From the NCBI GenBank assembly GCA_045585895.1, contig JAZMZI010000084.1, positions 33,196-97,195 on the forward strand: 64,000 bases of DNA. Reading direction: 5' to 3'. Under the pieces are notes generated by a model. That model was not told the origin of the DNA and did no database searches. It saw nothing but the letters and a program-made list of their open reading frames with translations. Below, piece by piece: positions 28,259 to 37,872 of the stretch (its first letter is position 1; each line of letters starts with the position of its first letter). Source of the stretch: Eubacteriales bacterium. Lineage in GTDB: Bacteria > Bacillota > Clostridia > Oscillospirales > CAG-272. A program made the translations under genes and the position numbers.

Positions 28259-29125
28259 TTATTTTTGCGCAGTCCAGCGCGTGCTCGCTCCGCAAGGAAG
28301 TACAGCCCCCGTTTGCGTAACGCGAAGTCCGATCTCACCCGACTCTATTTTGCCTCCGTAAACACTCTTGACCTTGAGGTCGAGAATATAGCTCATTGTG
28401 AGGGGAGAAAGACCGGTAGTATAAGAATTTATAAGGAAGAACAAAGGCTCGTCCGAGAGCAGCTTTGCCGCAAGACCGACGAACTCGTCGATGCTGTCCT
28501 CAAGCTTCCAGACCTCGCCACCGGGACCTCTGCCGTAGGACGGGGGATCCATAATTATTCCGTCGTACTTATTCCCCCTGCGGATCTCACGTTCAATAAA
28601 CTTTTTACAGTCGTCAACGATATATCGTATAGGCGCGTTCTCGAGTCCCGAGAGAGCCGCGTTTTCCTTTGCCATAGCCACGATACCCTTAGACGCGTCA
28701 ACGTGTACAACCTGCGCACCCGCTTTAGCCGCGGCAACGGTAGCGCCTCCCGTATAAGCAAAAAGATTGAGCACCTTGACGGGTCTTTTTGCGTTCGTTA
28801 TAAGCGAGGAAAACCAATCCCAATTAGTTGCCTGCTCGGGAAAAAGTCCCGTATGCTTGAAGCCCATAGGCTTAAGACGGAAATTCAGATCTCCGTAAGA
28901 TATGTCCCAAGATTCGGGGGTCTTTTGCTTGATCCACGCTCCGCCTCCGTTGCTTGAGCGGCGGTAGATACCGTCTGCCTTATTCCACAAGGGATGACGA
29001 GCAACACCCTTCCAGATTATCTGGGGATCGGGACGTATAAGTATGTATTTACCCCAACGCTCAAGACGTTCTCCGTCGGAAGCGTCGAGCAATTCGTAAT
29101 CCTGCCAATTATCACTGCACCACAT
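28259..29125 (-). CDS. Class I SAM-dependent methyltransferase (RlmI/RlmK-like)
   Basis: FKHTGLFPEQ, VLNLFAYTGG, MDPPSYG; start at MWCSDNW after GGAG. Confidence 0.85.
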   Translation of the reverse strand: MWCSDNWQDYELLDASDGERLERWGKYILIRPDPQIIWKGVARHPLWNKADGIYRRSSNGGGAWIKQKTPESWDISYGDLNFRLKPMGFKHTGLFPEQATNWDWFSSLITNAKRPVKVLNLFAYTGGATVAAAKAGAQVVHVDASKGIVAMAKENAALSGLENAPIRYIVDDCKKFIEREIRRGNKYDGIIMDPPSYGRGPGGEVWKLEDSIDEFVGLAAKLLSDEPLFFLINSYTTGLSPLTMSYILDLKVKSVYGGKIESGEIGLRVTQTGAVLPCGASTRWTAQK

Positions 29126-29147
29126 ATAATTCACTCCAAGAAAAATT

Positions 29148-29648
29148 TTATTTGTTATTATAATATTTTGCAAGCTTTGACGCGCCGCTGTGTCCGTGAC
29201 AGACGGCAATTGCCAAAGCGTCTGCGGTATCGTCGGGCTTTGGAGGCGCGGGCAGATTCAAAAGTGACGTTACCATAGTAATGACCTGCTTCTTTTCAGC
29301 TCTGCCGTATCCGACCACTGCCTGCTTGACCTGAAGGGGCGTATATTCCGCGATCTCAACGTTTTTCAGCCTTGCCGAAAGCAGAATGATTCCTCTCGCC
29401 TCTGCAACAACGATAGCGGTTTTTGAGTTAGTATTGAAGAAAAGTTCTTCTACCGCCATTTCATCGGGCTTGTACTTGTCTATTATTTCGTTCATTCCCA
29501 AGTGTATGCGTTCAAGACGCTCTATCATTGGCATTCCCGCAGGTGTTTGTATCGAGCCGTATCCGAGAGTTCTGAACCTTGAGCCCGAATACTCTACAAC
29601 GCCCCATCCCACTATCGCATATCCGGGATCTATTCCAAGAATTATCAT
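29148..29648 (-). CDS. ruvC: Holliday junction resolvase
   Basis: ILGIDPG, VEELFF, EYTPLQVK, PDDTADALAIA. Confidence 0.96.
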   Translation of the reverse strand: MIILGIDPGYAIVGWGVVEYSGSRFRTLGYGSIQTPAGMPMIERLERIHLGMNEIIDKYKPDEMAVEELFFNTNSKTAIVVAEARGIILLSARLKNVEIAEYTPLQVKQAVVGYGRAEKKQVITMVTSLLNLPAPPKPDDTADALAIAVCHGHSGASKLAKYYNNK

Positions 29649-29706
29649 ATATAAACCGCTCCTCAAGTCCAAGAGGCACATAATACCCCATTATCATATT
29701 CATATT

Positions 29707-29735
29707 ATTATATCACATAGTTGTGACTATGTCAA
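29707..29735 (-). promoter_or_regulatory. sigmaA promoter of the ruvC operon
   Basis: Perfect TTGACA-17-TATAAT with extended TG. Confidence 0.85.
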
Positions 29736-29797
29736 ATGTTATTTTATACTTTTTATAAGTACTTTTTGTAAATCTTAAGTAAAATTTTAATTATGCC

Positions 29798-29826
29798 TTT
29801 ACTTTTCCGAAAAGTTGTGTTATAAT
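29798..29826 (+). promoter_or_regulatory. sigmaA promoter of DUF951-yfhO-ruvAB
   Basis: TTTACT-17-TATAAT with extended TG. Confidence 0.65.
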
Positions 29827-29862
29827 GTACAATGTATATTTTTAGATTATTGGGTAACAATT

Positions 29863-30051
29863 ATGAAAATTATCAAACTGACAGTCGGCGATACGGTCGA
29901 GTTGAAAAAGCCTCATCCCTGCGGCGGTAACACCTTTAAGATCTTGCGCGTTGGCAGCGACGTTCGCGTTTTGTGTCTTGAGTGCGGCCGTGATATGACG
30001 CTTGACCGTATAAAGCTTGAAAAATCGATAAAAAACGTTTATAACTGTTAA
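29863..30051 (+). CDS. DUF951 family protein
   Basis: GD.VELKKPHPCG...ILRVGSD...C..CGR. Confidence 0.85.
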   Translation: MKIIKLTVGDTVELKKPHPCGGNTFKILRVGSDVRVLCLECGRDMTLDRIKLEKSIKNVYNC

Positions 30052-30077
30052 AATCTCCGCAAATCGAAAGGATAATT

Positions 30078-33000
30078 ATGAAATCAGAGGTATCTATTAA
30101 CGTAAATTCGGCTTTGGAAAAAGCTCCAAAACGCGCGGCGTTCGCAGCTTTTTTCGGTGCGTTTAAAGAAAAATCAAAAACGGTTTTTAAGGAATACGGT
30201 TATATCGGAATAGCTGCGGCTATTCCCGCACTTATTTTCTTCTTGATATATCTGTCACGCGGACTGTATCCCTTCGGTAACGGAACCGTTCTCGTGCTCG
30301 ACCTTAACGGTCAGTACGTTTATTTCTTTGAGGCTCTCAGAAATGCAGTTCTTGAGGGAGAAAACCTGCTTTATTCGTGGTCTCGAGCGCTGGGCGGCGA
30401 ATTCCTCGGAATGTACGCTTATTATCTTGCAAGCCCTCTTTCTTATCTCGTTTGCCTTTTCCCCAAGGATAAAACTCAAGAATTTCTCTTGGTGATGTTC
30501 CTTATAAAAGCGGCAATATGCGGCGGAACTATGGGCTTCTATCTCCATAAGCACTCGGTTACGAGAAACCGCTTTACCGTTTTGACCTTCTCGGTAATGT
30601 ACGCGCTTTCCGCTTACTGCGTCGTTCAGCAGAGCAATACCATGTGGATAGATGCCGTTATGTGGCTTCCCTTGGTAACGTACGGAGTTGAGCAGGTAGT
30701 TAAATACGGAAAATACAAAATGTTCGTTATATTCCTCGCGCTCACCCTTTCCAGCAACTTTTATATCGGTTATATGGTCTGCATATACGTTCTGCTCTAT
30801 TATTTCTTCTTTATGCTGGCGTATTCAGACAACGGAGTAAACAATCCTCTCGGCGAAAAGTCTCATTTTTTGAAGTCCTTTATGCGTATGGGTGTATTCT
30901 CCCTTATCGCTATAGGTATTTCAGCGGTTATAGTTCTTTCTGCGTACTATTCCCTTCAATTCGGTAAGAACGAATTTACCGACCCCAACTTTGAGGCCAA
31001 GCTTAAATTTGATTTCTACGACCTGCTGTTTAAATTCCTTCCCTCATCTTACGACACGGTAAGAATCGACGGTCTTCCTTTCGTTTACTGCGGACTTTTG
31101 ACGGTCATTCTCGCGCCGCTCTTCTTCTGTACCAAAAAGTTCACTATTCGTGAAAAAATAGCCAGCGGCGTATTCGTTCTTATTTTTGTTCTCAGCTTTA
31201 TAATCACTACGCTTGATCTCGTCTGGCACGGCTTCCAAAAGCCTCAGTGGCTCAACGCAAGATTCAGCTTTATCTTCTGTTTCTTCTTGATATTCCTTGC
31301 TTTCAGAGCTTTTGAAAGCATTAAGAAAATTAAGGGTGAATATCTGTTTGCGGTGTCAGGTCTTATACTGATCTTCGTCGCTCTGCTGCAAAAATTCGAC
31401 GATGAATTCAAGCAAAAGCTCGTCGATCTGACCTACGGCCCCAAAGAAGAGGATTTTGCAGTCCATCCTTACGCAACAATACTTCTTACCGTAATATGCT
31501 TGGCGATATACGTTATCCTGATAGCGATAATGCCCAAGATAAAAAAGAAAGAGGTCGTATCCGCAATTATGCTCGGTGTCGTTTGCGTCGAGATGTTCTT
31601 GAGCGGTCTTTCCAACGTGGAGGACTTCCATAAAGACGTTTCTTATTCGACCCACAGCTCTTACAACGAATTTACCGAGCTTTTCCGCCCCGTGACGGAC
31701 ACCTTGACAAAAGAATACGATACCTCCTTCTACCGATATGAAAAGACCTATCACAGAAAGCTCAACGACAATATGGCATTGGGAATCAGGGGCGTATCCA
31801 ACTCAACCTCTACGCTTAACAAGGATACTATCTACTTCTTGAAAATGTTGGGCTACTATTCTCAGTCTCACAAGTCCCAATACAAGGGTGGCACCGTAGT
31901 TACCGACTCGCTTATCGGTATGAAATATATCATTTCCGACAGAGATTATTCCAAGCTTTACGGTGATCCCGTTCTTACCGGTGAGGATTACGCGGCTTAC
32001 CTGGGCATCACTATGGACGAGCTGCGGGAGCAGACGTTTGCTGATTCTTATAACGATTATTCCGCCGAAGATATAAAGGTTTACGAAAACCCCTACGCTC
32101 TTTCCATCGCGTTTCCCGCTACCGACGCAATATTCGACGTCAATATGAAAGACCATGATATCAATACCGCGGAAGACAACAAAAACTACGAAGAAAAGCA
32201 TAATCCCGACGGCTACAAATCCCCTTTCACCAGAGTCAACGCGCTTATAAGCGCAATCGTAGGTGAAGATGCGGAGATATTCAAGCCTGCCGTTCAAACC
32301 GATATCGAGCTTGATAAGGTTACTCACACAGTATCCTCCAACCACGACAGATACGAAACCACCAACAAGCCAGAAAAGGATGAATTCAAACAGGATAATG
32401 GATACGGTACCATAACCTATACCTTCCTTGTTCCCGACAACGGCGAAATGCTTTATCTCTATCTTCCCGCACACTGGGCATATGAAGTCGATCTTTCCTC
32501 GGAAACCATGAAGATATTTGACTCAACGAGAAACGACGGTACCATCAACAACTCAAAAACAAGCGCGGCAAGCTTTTCAAAACCAAACGACCGTATCATA
32601 GAGCTTGGTTTTTCAACTCAAAAGGAATATAAGCTTACCGTAACCATCGACAACAGCTATTACAGATTCTACACCAAGGAAGATCAACCCATCCTGTATT
32701 ACGCAGATATGGATCTTCTCGAATCGGTATTCGGCAGGATCCAAGAGAATCAACTCGTGCTCAACAAGGAATACAAGAACGACGACATAAGCGGTTCTAT
32801 CAAAACGAACAACGACGATCAGCTTATAATGACTACCATTCCCTACGACGAGGGATGGAATATTTACGTTGACGGCAAAAAAGTTGACGTTGTCGAAGTT
32901 GCAGACGCACTCGTAGGCTTCAGAATCGACGATGCAGGTCAGCACGACGTCAGATTCGTGTATCGCTCAAAATATTTCAGCGTTGGACTTATAGTGTCCG

Positions 33001-33167
33001 TCGTAGCTGTTATCGGCTTCGTTCTTCTCATAGTCCTTGAAAAGAAAGCAAGAAAGCTTAAGCCCGTCGGATATCTTTTGCCCGAATACACCGAAACGTC
33101 GATCGACACGCCTCTTAAAGTAAAGGAAAACGAAACTCCCCGAAACAAAAAGCGCAAAAAGAAATAA
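30078..33167 (+). CDS. YfhO-family membrane protein (GT-C-type glycosyltransferase)
   Basis: DLNGQY..FF, YSWSRALGG.F, YYLASP, SNFYIGYM, WHGFQKP, TIPYDEGW. Confidence 0.88.
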   Translation: MKSEVSINVNSALEKAPKRAAFAAFFGAFKEKSKTVFKEYGYIGIAAAIPALIFFLIYLSRGLYPFGNGTVLVLDLNGQYVYFFEALRNAVLEGENLLYSWSRALGGEFLGMYAYYLASPLSYLVCLFPKDKTQEFLLVMFLIKAAICGGTMGFYLHKHSVTRNRFTVLTFSVMYALSAYCVVQQSNTMWIDAVMWLPLVTYGVEQVVKYGKYKMFVIFLALTLSSNFYIGYMVCIYVLLYYFFFMLAYSDNGVNNPLGEKSHFLKSFMRMGVFSLIAIGISAVIVLSAYYSLQFGKNEFTDPNFEAKLKFDFYDLLFKFLPSSYDTVRIDGLPFVYCGLLTVILAPLFFCTKKFTIREKIASGVFVLIFVLSFIITTLDLVWHGFQKPQWLNARFSFIFCFFLIFLAFRAFESIKKIKGEYLFAVSGLILIFVALLQKFDDEFKQKLVDLTYGPKEEDFAVHPYATILLTVICLAIYVILIAIMPKIKKKEVVSAIMLGVVCVEMFLSGLSNVEDFHKDVSYSTHSSYNEFTELFRPVTDTLTKEYDTSFYRYEKTYHRKLNDNMALGIRGVSNSTSTLNKDTIYFLKMLGYYSQSHKSQYKGGTVVTDSLIGMKYIISDRDYSKLYGDPVLTGEDYAAYLGITMDELREQTFADSYNDYSAEDIKVYENPYALSIAFPATDAIFDVNMKDHDINTAEDNKNYEEKHNPDGYKSPFTRVNALISAIVGEDAEIFKPAVQTDIELDKVTHTVSSNHDRYETTNKPEKDEFKQDNGYGTITYTFLVPDNGEMLYLYLPAHWAYEVDLSSETMKIFDSTRNDGTINNSKTSAASFSKPNDRIIELGFSTQKEYKLTVTIDNSYYRFYTKEDQPILYYADMDLLESVFGRIQENQLVLNKEYKNDDISGSIKTNNDDQLIMTTIPYDEGWNIYVDGKKVDVVEVADALVGFRIDDAGQHDVRFVYRSKYFSVGLIVSVVAVIGFVLLIVLEKKARKLKPVGYLLPEYTETSIDTPLKVKENETPRNKKRKKK

Positions 33168-33185
33168 TAACTAAGGAAAGACAAA

Positions 33186-33806
33186 ATGTTTTATTATATT
33201 TCAGGAAAGCTTGCAATGGCTACCCCCTCCACCGCCGTGATCGACGCGGGAGGGGTAGGCTACAAGCTTACTATCAGTGAAAACACCTATAATTCTCTTC
33301 CTCCTAGACACTCAGTTGATAATCCTACCGCAAAGCTCTTTACTTATATGGCTGTTCGTGAGGACGGCATCGAGCTTTTCGGATTTGCAAGCGAGACCGA
33401 GCTTTCTTCCTTCAAAATGCTTCTTTCGGTTTCGGGTGTCGGGCCTAAAGCGGCTATCTCTATCCTCTCTCTCCTGACCCCCGAGAAATTCGCTCTTGCG
33501 GTATGTACCGAGGACAGAAAAACTATTTCAAAAGCAAACGGCATAGGCCCCAAAACCGCCGCGCGCATCATTCTTGAATTGAAAGACAAGCTCTTGAAGG
33601 AGACCGATATCGGAGATGCGGCTCAGGCAAGCATAGAAAGCGCTGCTCCCGTCAAAACCAATTCGGGCAAGCTTTCCGAAGCACAGGATGCTCTTATGGT
33701 ACTTGGATATTCAAGAAGTGAGGCGCAAAACGTACTCAAGAACATAGATACTCAGTCCTTAAGTCTTGAGGAAATAATCAAAAAGGCTCTCAAATTACTT
33801 ATGTAA
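33186..33806 (+). CDS. ruvA: Holliday junction branch migration protein RuvA
   Basis: GVGY, VREDG.ELFGF, VSGVGPK, GIGPKTAARIILELKDK. Confidence 0.97.
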   Translation: MFYYISGKLAMATPSTAVIDAGGVGYKLTISENTYNSLPPRHSVDNPTAKLFTYMAVREDGIELFGFASETELSSFKMLLSVSGVGPKAAISILSLLTPEKFALAVCTEDRKTISKANGIGPKTAARIILELKDKLLKETDIGDAAQASIESAAPVKTNSGKLSEAQDALMVLGYSRSEAQNVLKNIDTQSLSLEEIIKKALKLLM

Positions 33807-33826
33807 TAAATCGGAGGTGAGATCAA

Positions 33827-34900
33827 ATGTTTACGACAGACGAAGATTTCGACTTTGAAAACCGAATAGTTTCCACCTCTTATTCATCTGAGGACTCCGA
33901 AACAGAGGTGTCCTTAAGACCCAAGACACTTGAAGATTATATCGGACAGGACAAGGTCAAGGAAAACTTGAAGGTCTATATCGATGCGGCAAGGATGCGC
34001 GGCGAGTCTCTCGACCACGTGCTGCTATACGGCCCTCCCGGTCTCGGTAAGACCACACTTTCAAATATTATCGCAACCGAAATGGGCGTGAATATTCGCG
34101 TCACATCGGGTCCCGCAATCGAAAAACAGGGTGACCTTGCCGCACTTCTAACCAATCTTCAAGAAGGCGACGTGCTCTTTATCGATGAGATTCATCGCCT
34201 TTCCCGTCAGGTTGAGGAAATACTCTACCCAGCGATGGAAGACTTTGCCCTTGATATTATAATCGGAAAAGGGCCTTCTGCAAGAAGTATAAGAATAGAC
34301 CTTCCTAAATTTACGCTTATTGGCGCAACGACGAGAGCAGGTCAGCTCACTACCCCTCTCCGCGACCGTTTCGGAGTAGTTTTAAAGCTTGAGCTTTATA
34401 CCCCCGAACAGTTAGCGACCATCGTTACCCGAAGCGCAAGCATCCTCGGCATCGATATCACCGAAGAAGGAGCTTACGAGATCGCATCCCGTTCCCGCGG
34501 AACACCCCGTATTGCAAACCGACTTTTAAAGCGCGTTCGTGACTTTGCGCAGGTCAAAGGTAAAAGCGAGATTGACAATCAAATTGCCCAGTTTGCGCTC
34601 GATAAGCTTGAAATTGATGAGCTTGGACTTGACAGCACCGATAAGAGGATGCTTGAAACCATTATTAAATTCTACGACGGCGGCCCCGTCGGTCTTGAAA
34701 CGCTGGCGGCGACAATCGGCGAGGAAGCTGTTACGCTTGAAGACGTTTACGAGCCTTATCTTATGCAGATAGGATATCTGAGCCGTACCCCCCGAGGCAG
34801 ATGTGTCACACGTCTCGCCTACGAGCATCTCGGCATATCACCACGCAAAGCTTCCGCAAAAAACGGTGATCAACTCAGTTTTCTCGATGACGAGGACTGA
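33827..34900 (+). CDS. ruvB: Holliday junction helicase RuvB
   Basis: [35 protein letters not shown]. Confidence 0.98.
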   Translation: MFTTDEDFDFENRIVSTSYSSEDSETEVSLRPKTLEDYIGQDKVKENLKVYIDAARMRGESLDHVLLYGPPGLGKTTLSNIIATEMGVNIRVTSGPAIEKQGDLAALLTNLQEGDVLFIDEIHRLSRQVEEILYPAMEDFALDIIIGKGPSARSIRIDLPKFTLIGATTRAGQLTTPLRDRFGVVLKLELYTPEQLATIVTRSASILGIDITEEGAYEIASRSRGTPRIANRLLKRVRDFAQVKGKSEIDNQIAQFALDKLEIDELGLDSTDKRMLETIIKFYDGGPVGLETLAATIGEEAVTLEDVYEPYLMQIGYLSRTPRGRCVTRLAYEHLGISPRKASAKNGDQLSFLDDED

Positions 34901-34927
34901 AATATCGTAATTACGAGGTGAAAAACT

Positions 34928-35959
34928 ATGAAAAAGTATCTTTTACAGGAAAACGGTAATTTTTACAAGGCAAATCTTCATTGCCACACCACTTGCTCCG
35001 ACGGACGCCTTTCGCCTGCCGAGGTTAAAGACCTTTACAAAGAACTTGGATATTCGATAGTGGCTTACACCGACCACGATATCCTTCTTCCCCACGACGA
35101 GCTTACCGACGACGAGTTTTTGGCTCTTCACGGCTTTGAAATCGAGATAAACGATCCCACCTGCCACGATAACCTCATTATCAAGACCTGCCACATCTGC
35201 TTTATCGGCATCGAGCCCGAAAACATCACCCAGCCCTTCTGGCACAGAGAAAGATATTTGTTCGGAAACGCGCCTAAGTTCCGTGATCAGATAAAATTCG
35301 ACGAAAGCCTGCCCGATTTAGTCCGTGAATACAACGGCGAGTTCATCACGAAAATAATGAACGAGGCGAAGGAAAAGGGATTTTTCGTAACCTACAACCA
35401 CCCCTCGTGGTCACTTGAATCTTACCCCGATTATATGTCTTATAGCGGAATGAACGCCTTCGAGATGTATAACGGCGGTTGTCTTGCCGAGGGCTATGCA
35501 GACTATTCCCCAAGAGTTTACGACGATATGCTTATGGGCGGCAAAAAGCTTTACTGCATAGGCGCAGATGACAATCACAACCATCGCGCCAAGGACTCTC
35601 GTCGATACGATTCGGGTTGGGCTTGGACTGTTATCAAAGCCGATTCTCTTAATTACAGGGACGTCACAAAGGCTCTGGTTGACGGACAGTTTTACGCTTC
35701 TCAAGGCCCGGAAATATACGAATTGACTTTCGAAGACGGAAAGATTCACATAAGATGCTCCGAGGCGGACAAGATAACCTGCAACTACGGCGTCCGCCGA
35801 GCGTGCATTGAGCTTGACGAAAGCGGAGACGGAATATTTGAAGCGACCTTCCCTATGGAGAAGGCTTGGAAATATTTCCGTATAACCGTCACGGGAAAGA
35901 ACGGCAGAACCGCTTGCACCAACGCTTATTTCGCAGACGACCTTTTTGAAGATCAATAA
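34928..35959 (+). CDS. PHP-domain metallohydrolase (CehA/McbA-like)
   Basis: NLHCHT..SDG, TDHD, NHP, DDNH motifs. Confidence 0.8.
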   Translation: MKKYLLQENGNFYKANLHCHTTCSDGRLSPAEVKDLYKELGYSIVAYTDHDILLPHDELTDDEFLALHGFEIEINDPTCHDNLIIKTCHICFIGIEPENITQPFWHRERYLFGNAPKFRDQIKFDESLPDLVREYNGEFITKIMNEAKEKGFFVTYNHPSWSLESYPDYMSYSGMNAFEMYNGGCLAEGYADYSPRVYDDMLMGGKKLYCIGADDNHNHRAKDSRRYDSGWAWTVIKADSLNYRDVTKALVDGQFYASQGPEIYELTFEDGKIHIRCSEADKITCNYGVRRACIELDESGDGIFEATFPMEKAWKYFRITVTGKNGRTACTNAYFADDLFEDQ

Positions 35960-35999
35960 AAAATCAGGGAAGAACCAAGTTGGTTCTTCCCTGATTTAT
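35957..35999. terminator. Bidirectional terminator
   Basis: 18-bp perfect inverted repeat AAATCAGGGAAGAACCAA/TTGGTTCTTCCCTGATTT between convergent genes. Confidence 0.85.
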
Positions 36000-36004
36000 A
36001 ATGC

Positions 36005-37618
36005 TTATCGTTTCCATTTTTTCAGAACAGATCTTACCTGCTCCGTCATCGCCGAAAGCTCTTTATTCGGCTTACCTCGGCTGCCCGTGGCAATATCGTA
36101 AAGCCTTCCGACCTCTTTCATAAGCTCGTTGTAGAATCGGTCGTTTCTGCTTTCCTTCTCGGCAGATCTCTGCTTTACCTTGACTCCTTCGGTCTCGCGC
36201 ACAAAATCGTCCCGTTCGAGATCGTATACCGTACCGCTGAACGGAGCTATCGCCTTACAGCCGAAGGATTCCATCACCTTATCTCTGAAATTCTCGCACG
36301 CACCCTCGTCTCCGTGATTCACGAAAACGGTGTACGGCTTTCTTTCAAACGATTCGATCCATGAAAGCAGACCGTTCATATCGGCGTGACCGCTCATTCC
36401 GTTCAGAGACCTTATCCTTGCTTTGACCGCAACGTCCTCTCCGAAAAGATGAACGGTTCTTGCTCCTTCAAGAAGCCTTCTTCCGAGAGTATTCGTCGCC
36501 TGATAGCCAACGAACAGAATCAAATTCTGCGGTTTCCAGAGATTGTGCTTCAAATGGTGTCTTATTCTTCCCGCCTCACACATTCCGCTTGCAGAAATTA
36601 TTATTTTGGGCCGCGGATCTTCATTAATAAGTCGAGAATCATCGCTCGTTACCGAAAGAGTCAACCCCTCAAACCATATCGGATTGATACCCTGAGCAAT
36701 AAGAGCAAGCGTTTCATCATCAAAGCAAACGGTGTCGCACTGTAAAAAGACTCCCGTTGCTTCTACCGCCATTGGACTATCTACGTATACGGGGAAATTG
36801 CCGTATTCAGAGAGCAGACCTCTCTCCTTAATGATCCTTATAGCGTAAAGCAACTCTTGCGTTCTTCCGACGGCAAACGACGGAATTATAACGCTTCCGC
36901 CTCTGTCAAACGTGCTTGAAATATATTCGGCAAGAGCGGAAACGGTTGCGTCGGCATTCTTTTCAGCGGGATGTAATCTGTCGCCGTACGTTGACTCAAT
37001 AACGAGATAATCGGCATCCTTGACGCTTTGGGGATCCTTTATAAGAGGTTGATTGAGATTTCCCACGTCTCCGCTGAAAACGATTTTTTTCTTACAATCG
37101 CCGTCGTCAAGCCAGATCTCAATACAAGCCGAGCCAAGTAGGTGTCCTATATCTGTAAATCTTATGCTGACGTTTTCGGATATCCGATATATTTCGCCGT
37201 ATTTGCAAGGCAAAAACAATTTCAAAGCGCCTATTGCGTCCTCTGTGGTATATAGTGGCTCAACAGGAGCGCCGCCGTTTCGAAGCGCCTTTTTGCTTTC
37301 CCACATTGCCTCACTCTCATGTATGTGAGCAGAGTCACGAAGCATTATATCGCAAAGGCTCGCGGTTACGTCTGTAGAATATATCTTACCTTTGAATCCG
37401 TCCTTATAAAGCTTGGGCAGCAGTCCGGAGTGATCGATATGAGCGTGTGTCACAAAAACCGCTTCAACCTCTGACGGAGATATCGGAAAATCAATATTCT
37501 CATATTCGTCCTTGCCCTGCTCCATACCGCAGTCAACAAGATATTTACGTCCGCAAATTTCTATCAAAGTACAGCTTCCCGTTACCTCGTGCGCGGCGCC
37601 TATAAAAGTAATTCTCAT
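36005..37618 (-). CDS. MBL-fold beta-CASP ribonuclease
   Basis: EVTGSC, THAHIDHSG, GHLLGS, ESTYG, FAVGRTQE, SGHAD. Confidence 0.9.
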   Translation of the reverse strand: MRITFIGAAHEVTGSCTLIEICGRKYLVDCGMEQGKDEYENIDFPISPSEVEAVFVTHAHIDHSGLLPKLYKDGFKGKIYSTDVTASLCDIMLRDSAHIHESEAMWESKKALRNGGAPVEPLYTTEDAIGALKLFLPCKYGEIYRISENVSIRFTDIGHLLGSACIEIWLDDGDCKKKIVFSGDVGNLNQPLIKDPQSVKDADYLVIESTYGDRLHPAEKNADATVSALAEYISSTFDRGGSVIIPSFAVGRTQELLYAIRIIKERGLLSEYGNFPVYVDSPMAVEATGVFLQCDTVCFDDETLALIAQGINPIWFEGLTLSVTSDDSRLINEDPRPKIIISASGMCEAGRIRHHLKHNLWKPQNLILFVGYQATNTLGRRLLEGARTVHLFGEDVAVKARIRSLNGMSGHADMNGLLSWIESFERKPYTVFVNHGDEGACENFRDKVMESFGCKAIAPFSGTVYDLERDDFVRETEGVKVKQRSAEKESRNDRFYNELMKEVGRLYDIATGSRGKPNKELSAMTEQVRSVLKKWKR

Positions 37619-37669
37619 AGTGACCCTCCTTTTACATTCATAATTGAAAGAGCTTTCTCCCTCAATTAT

Positions 37670-37698
37670 ATTATATCATATTTATCGTATGCTTGCAA
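37670..37698 (-). promoter_or_regulatory. sigmaA promoter of the beta-CASP gene
   Basis: TTGCAA-17-TATAAT with extended TG. Confidence 0.7.
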
Positions 37699-37789
37699 GT
37701 AAAATCTTGACATAAAATAATTAGCATTATAAACTCGTATGCTTTACATTAAAATCAGGTTAAAATTGCGTTAAAATTTTTCAAATCTA

Positions 37790-37818
37790 TTTACAAAACG
37801 ATATTTTAATGTTATAAT
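37790..37818 (+). promoter_or_regulatory. sigmaA promoter of the LRR lipoprotein
   Basis: TTTACA-17-TATAAT with extended TG. Confidence 0.7.
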
Positions 37819-37872
37819 ATTAATTAAGTTTATTATCATTTCTTAATTTCACATTAAGATCATGGAGGAAAA

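Noticed and set aside
27464-28957. 497-aa + strand ORF across ecfA1 and the methyltransferase
   Set aside because: Opposite two well-supported genes; atypical composition; no motifs.
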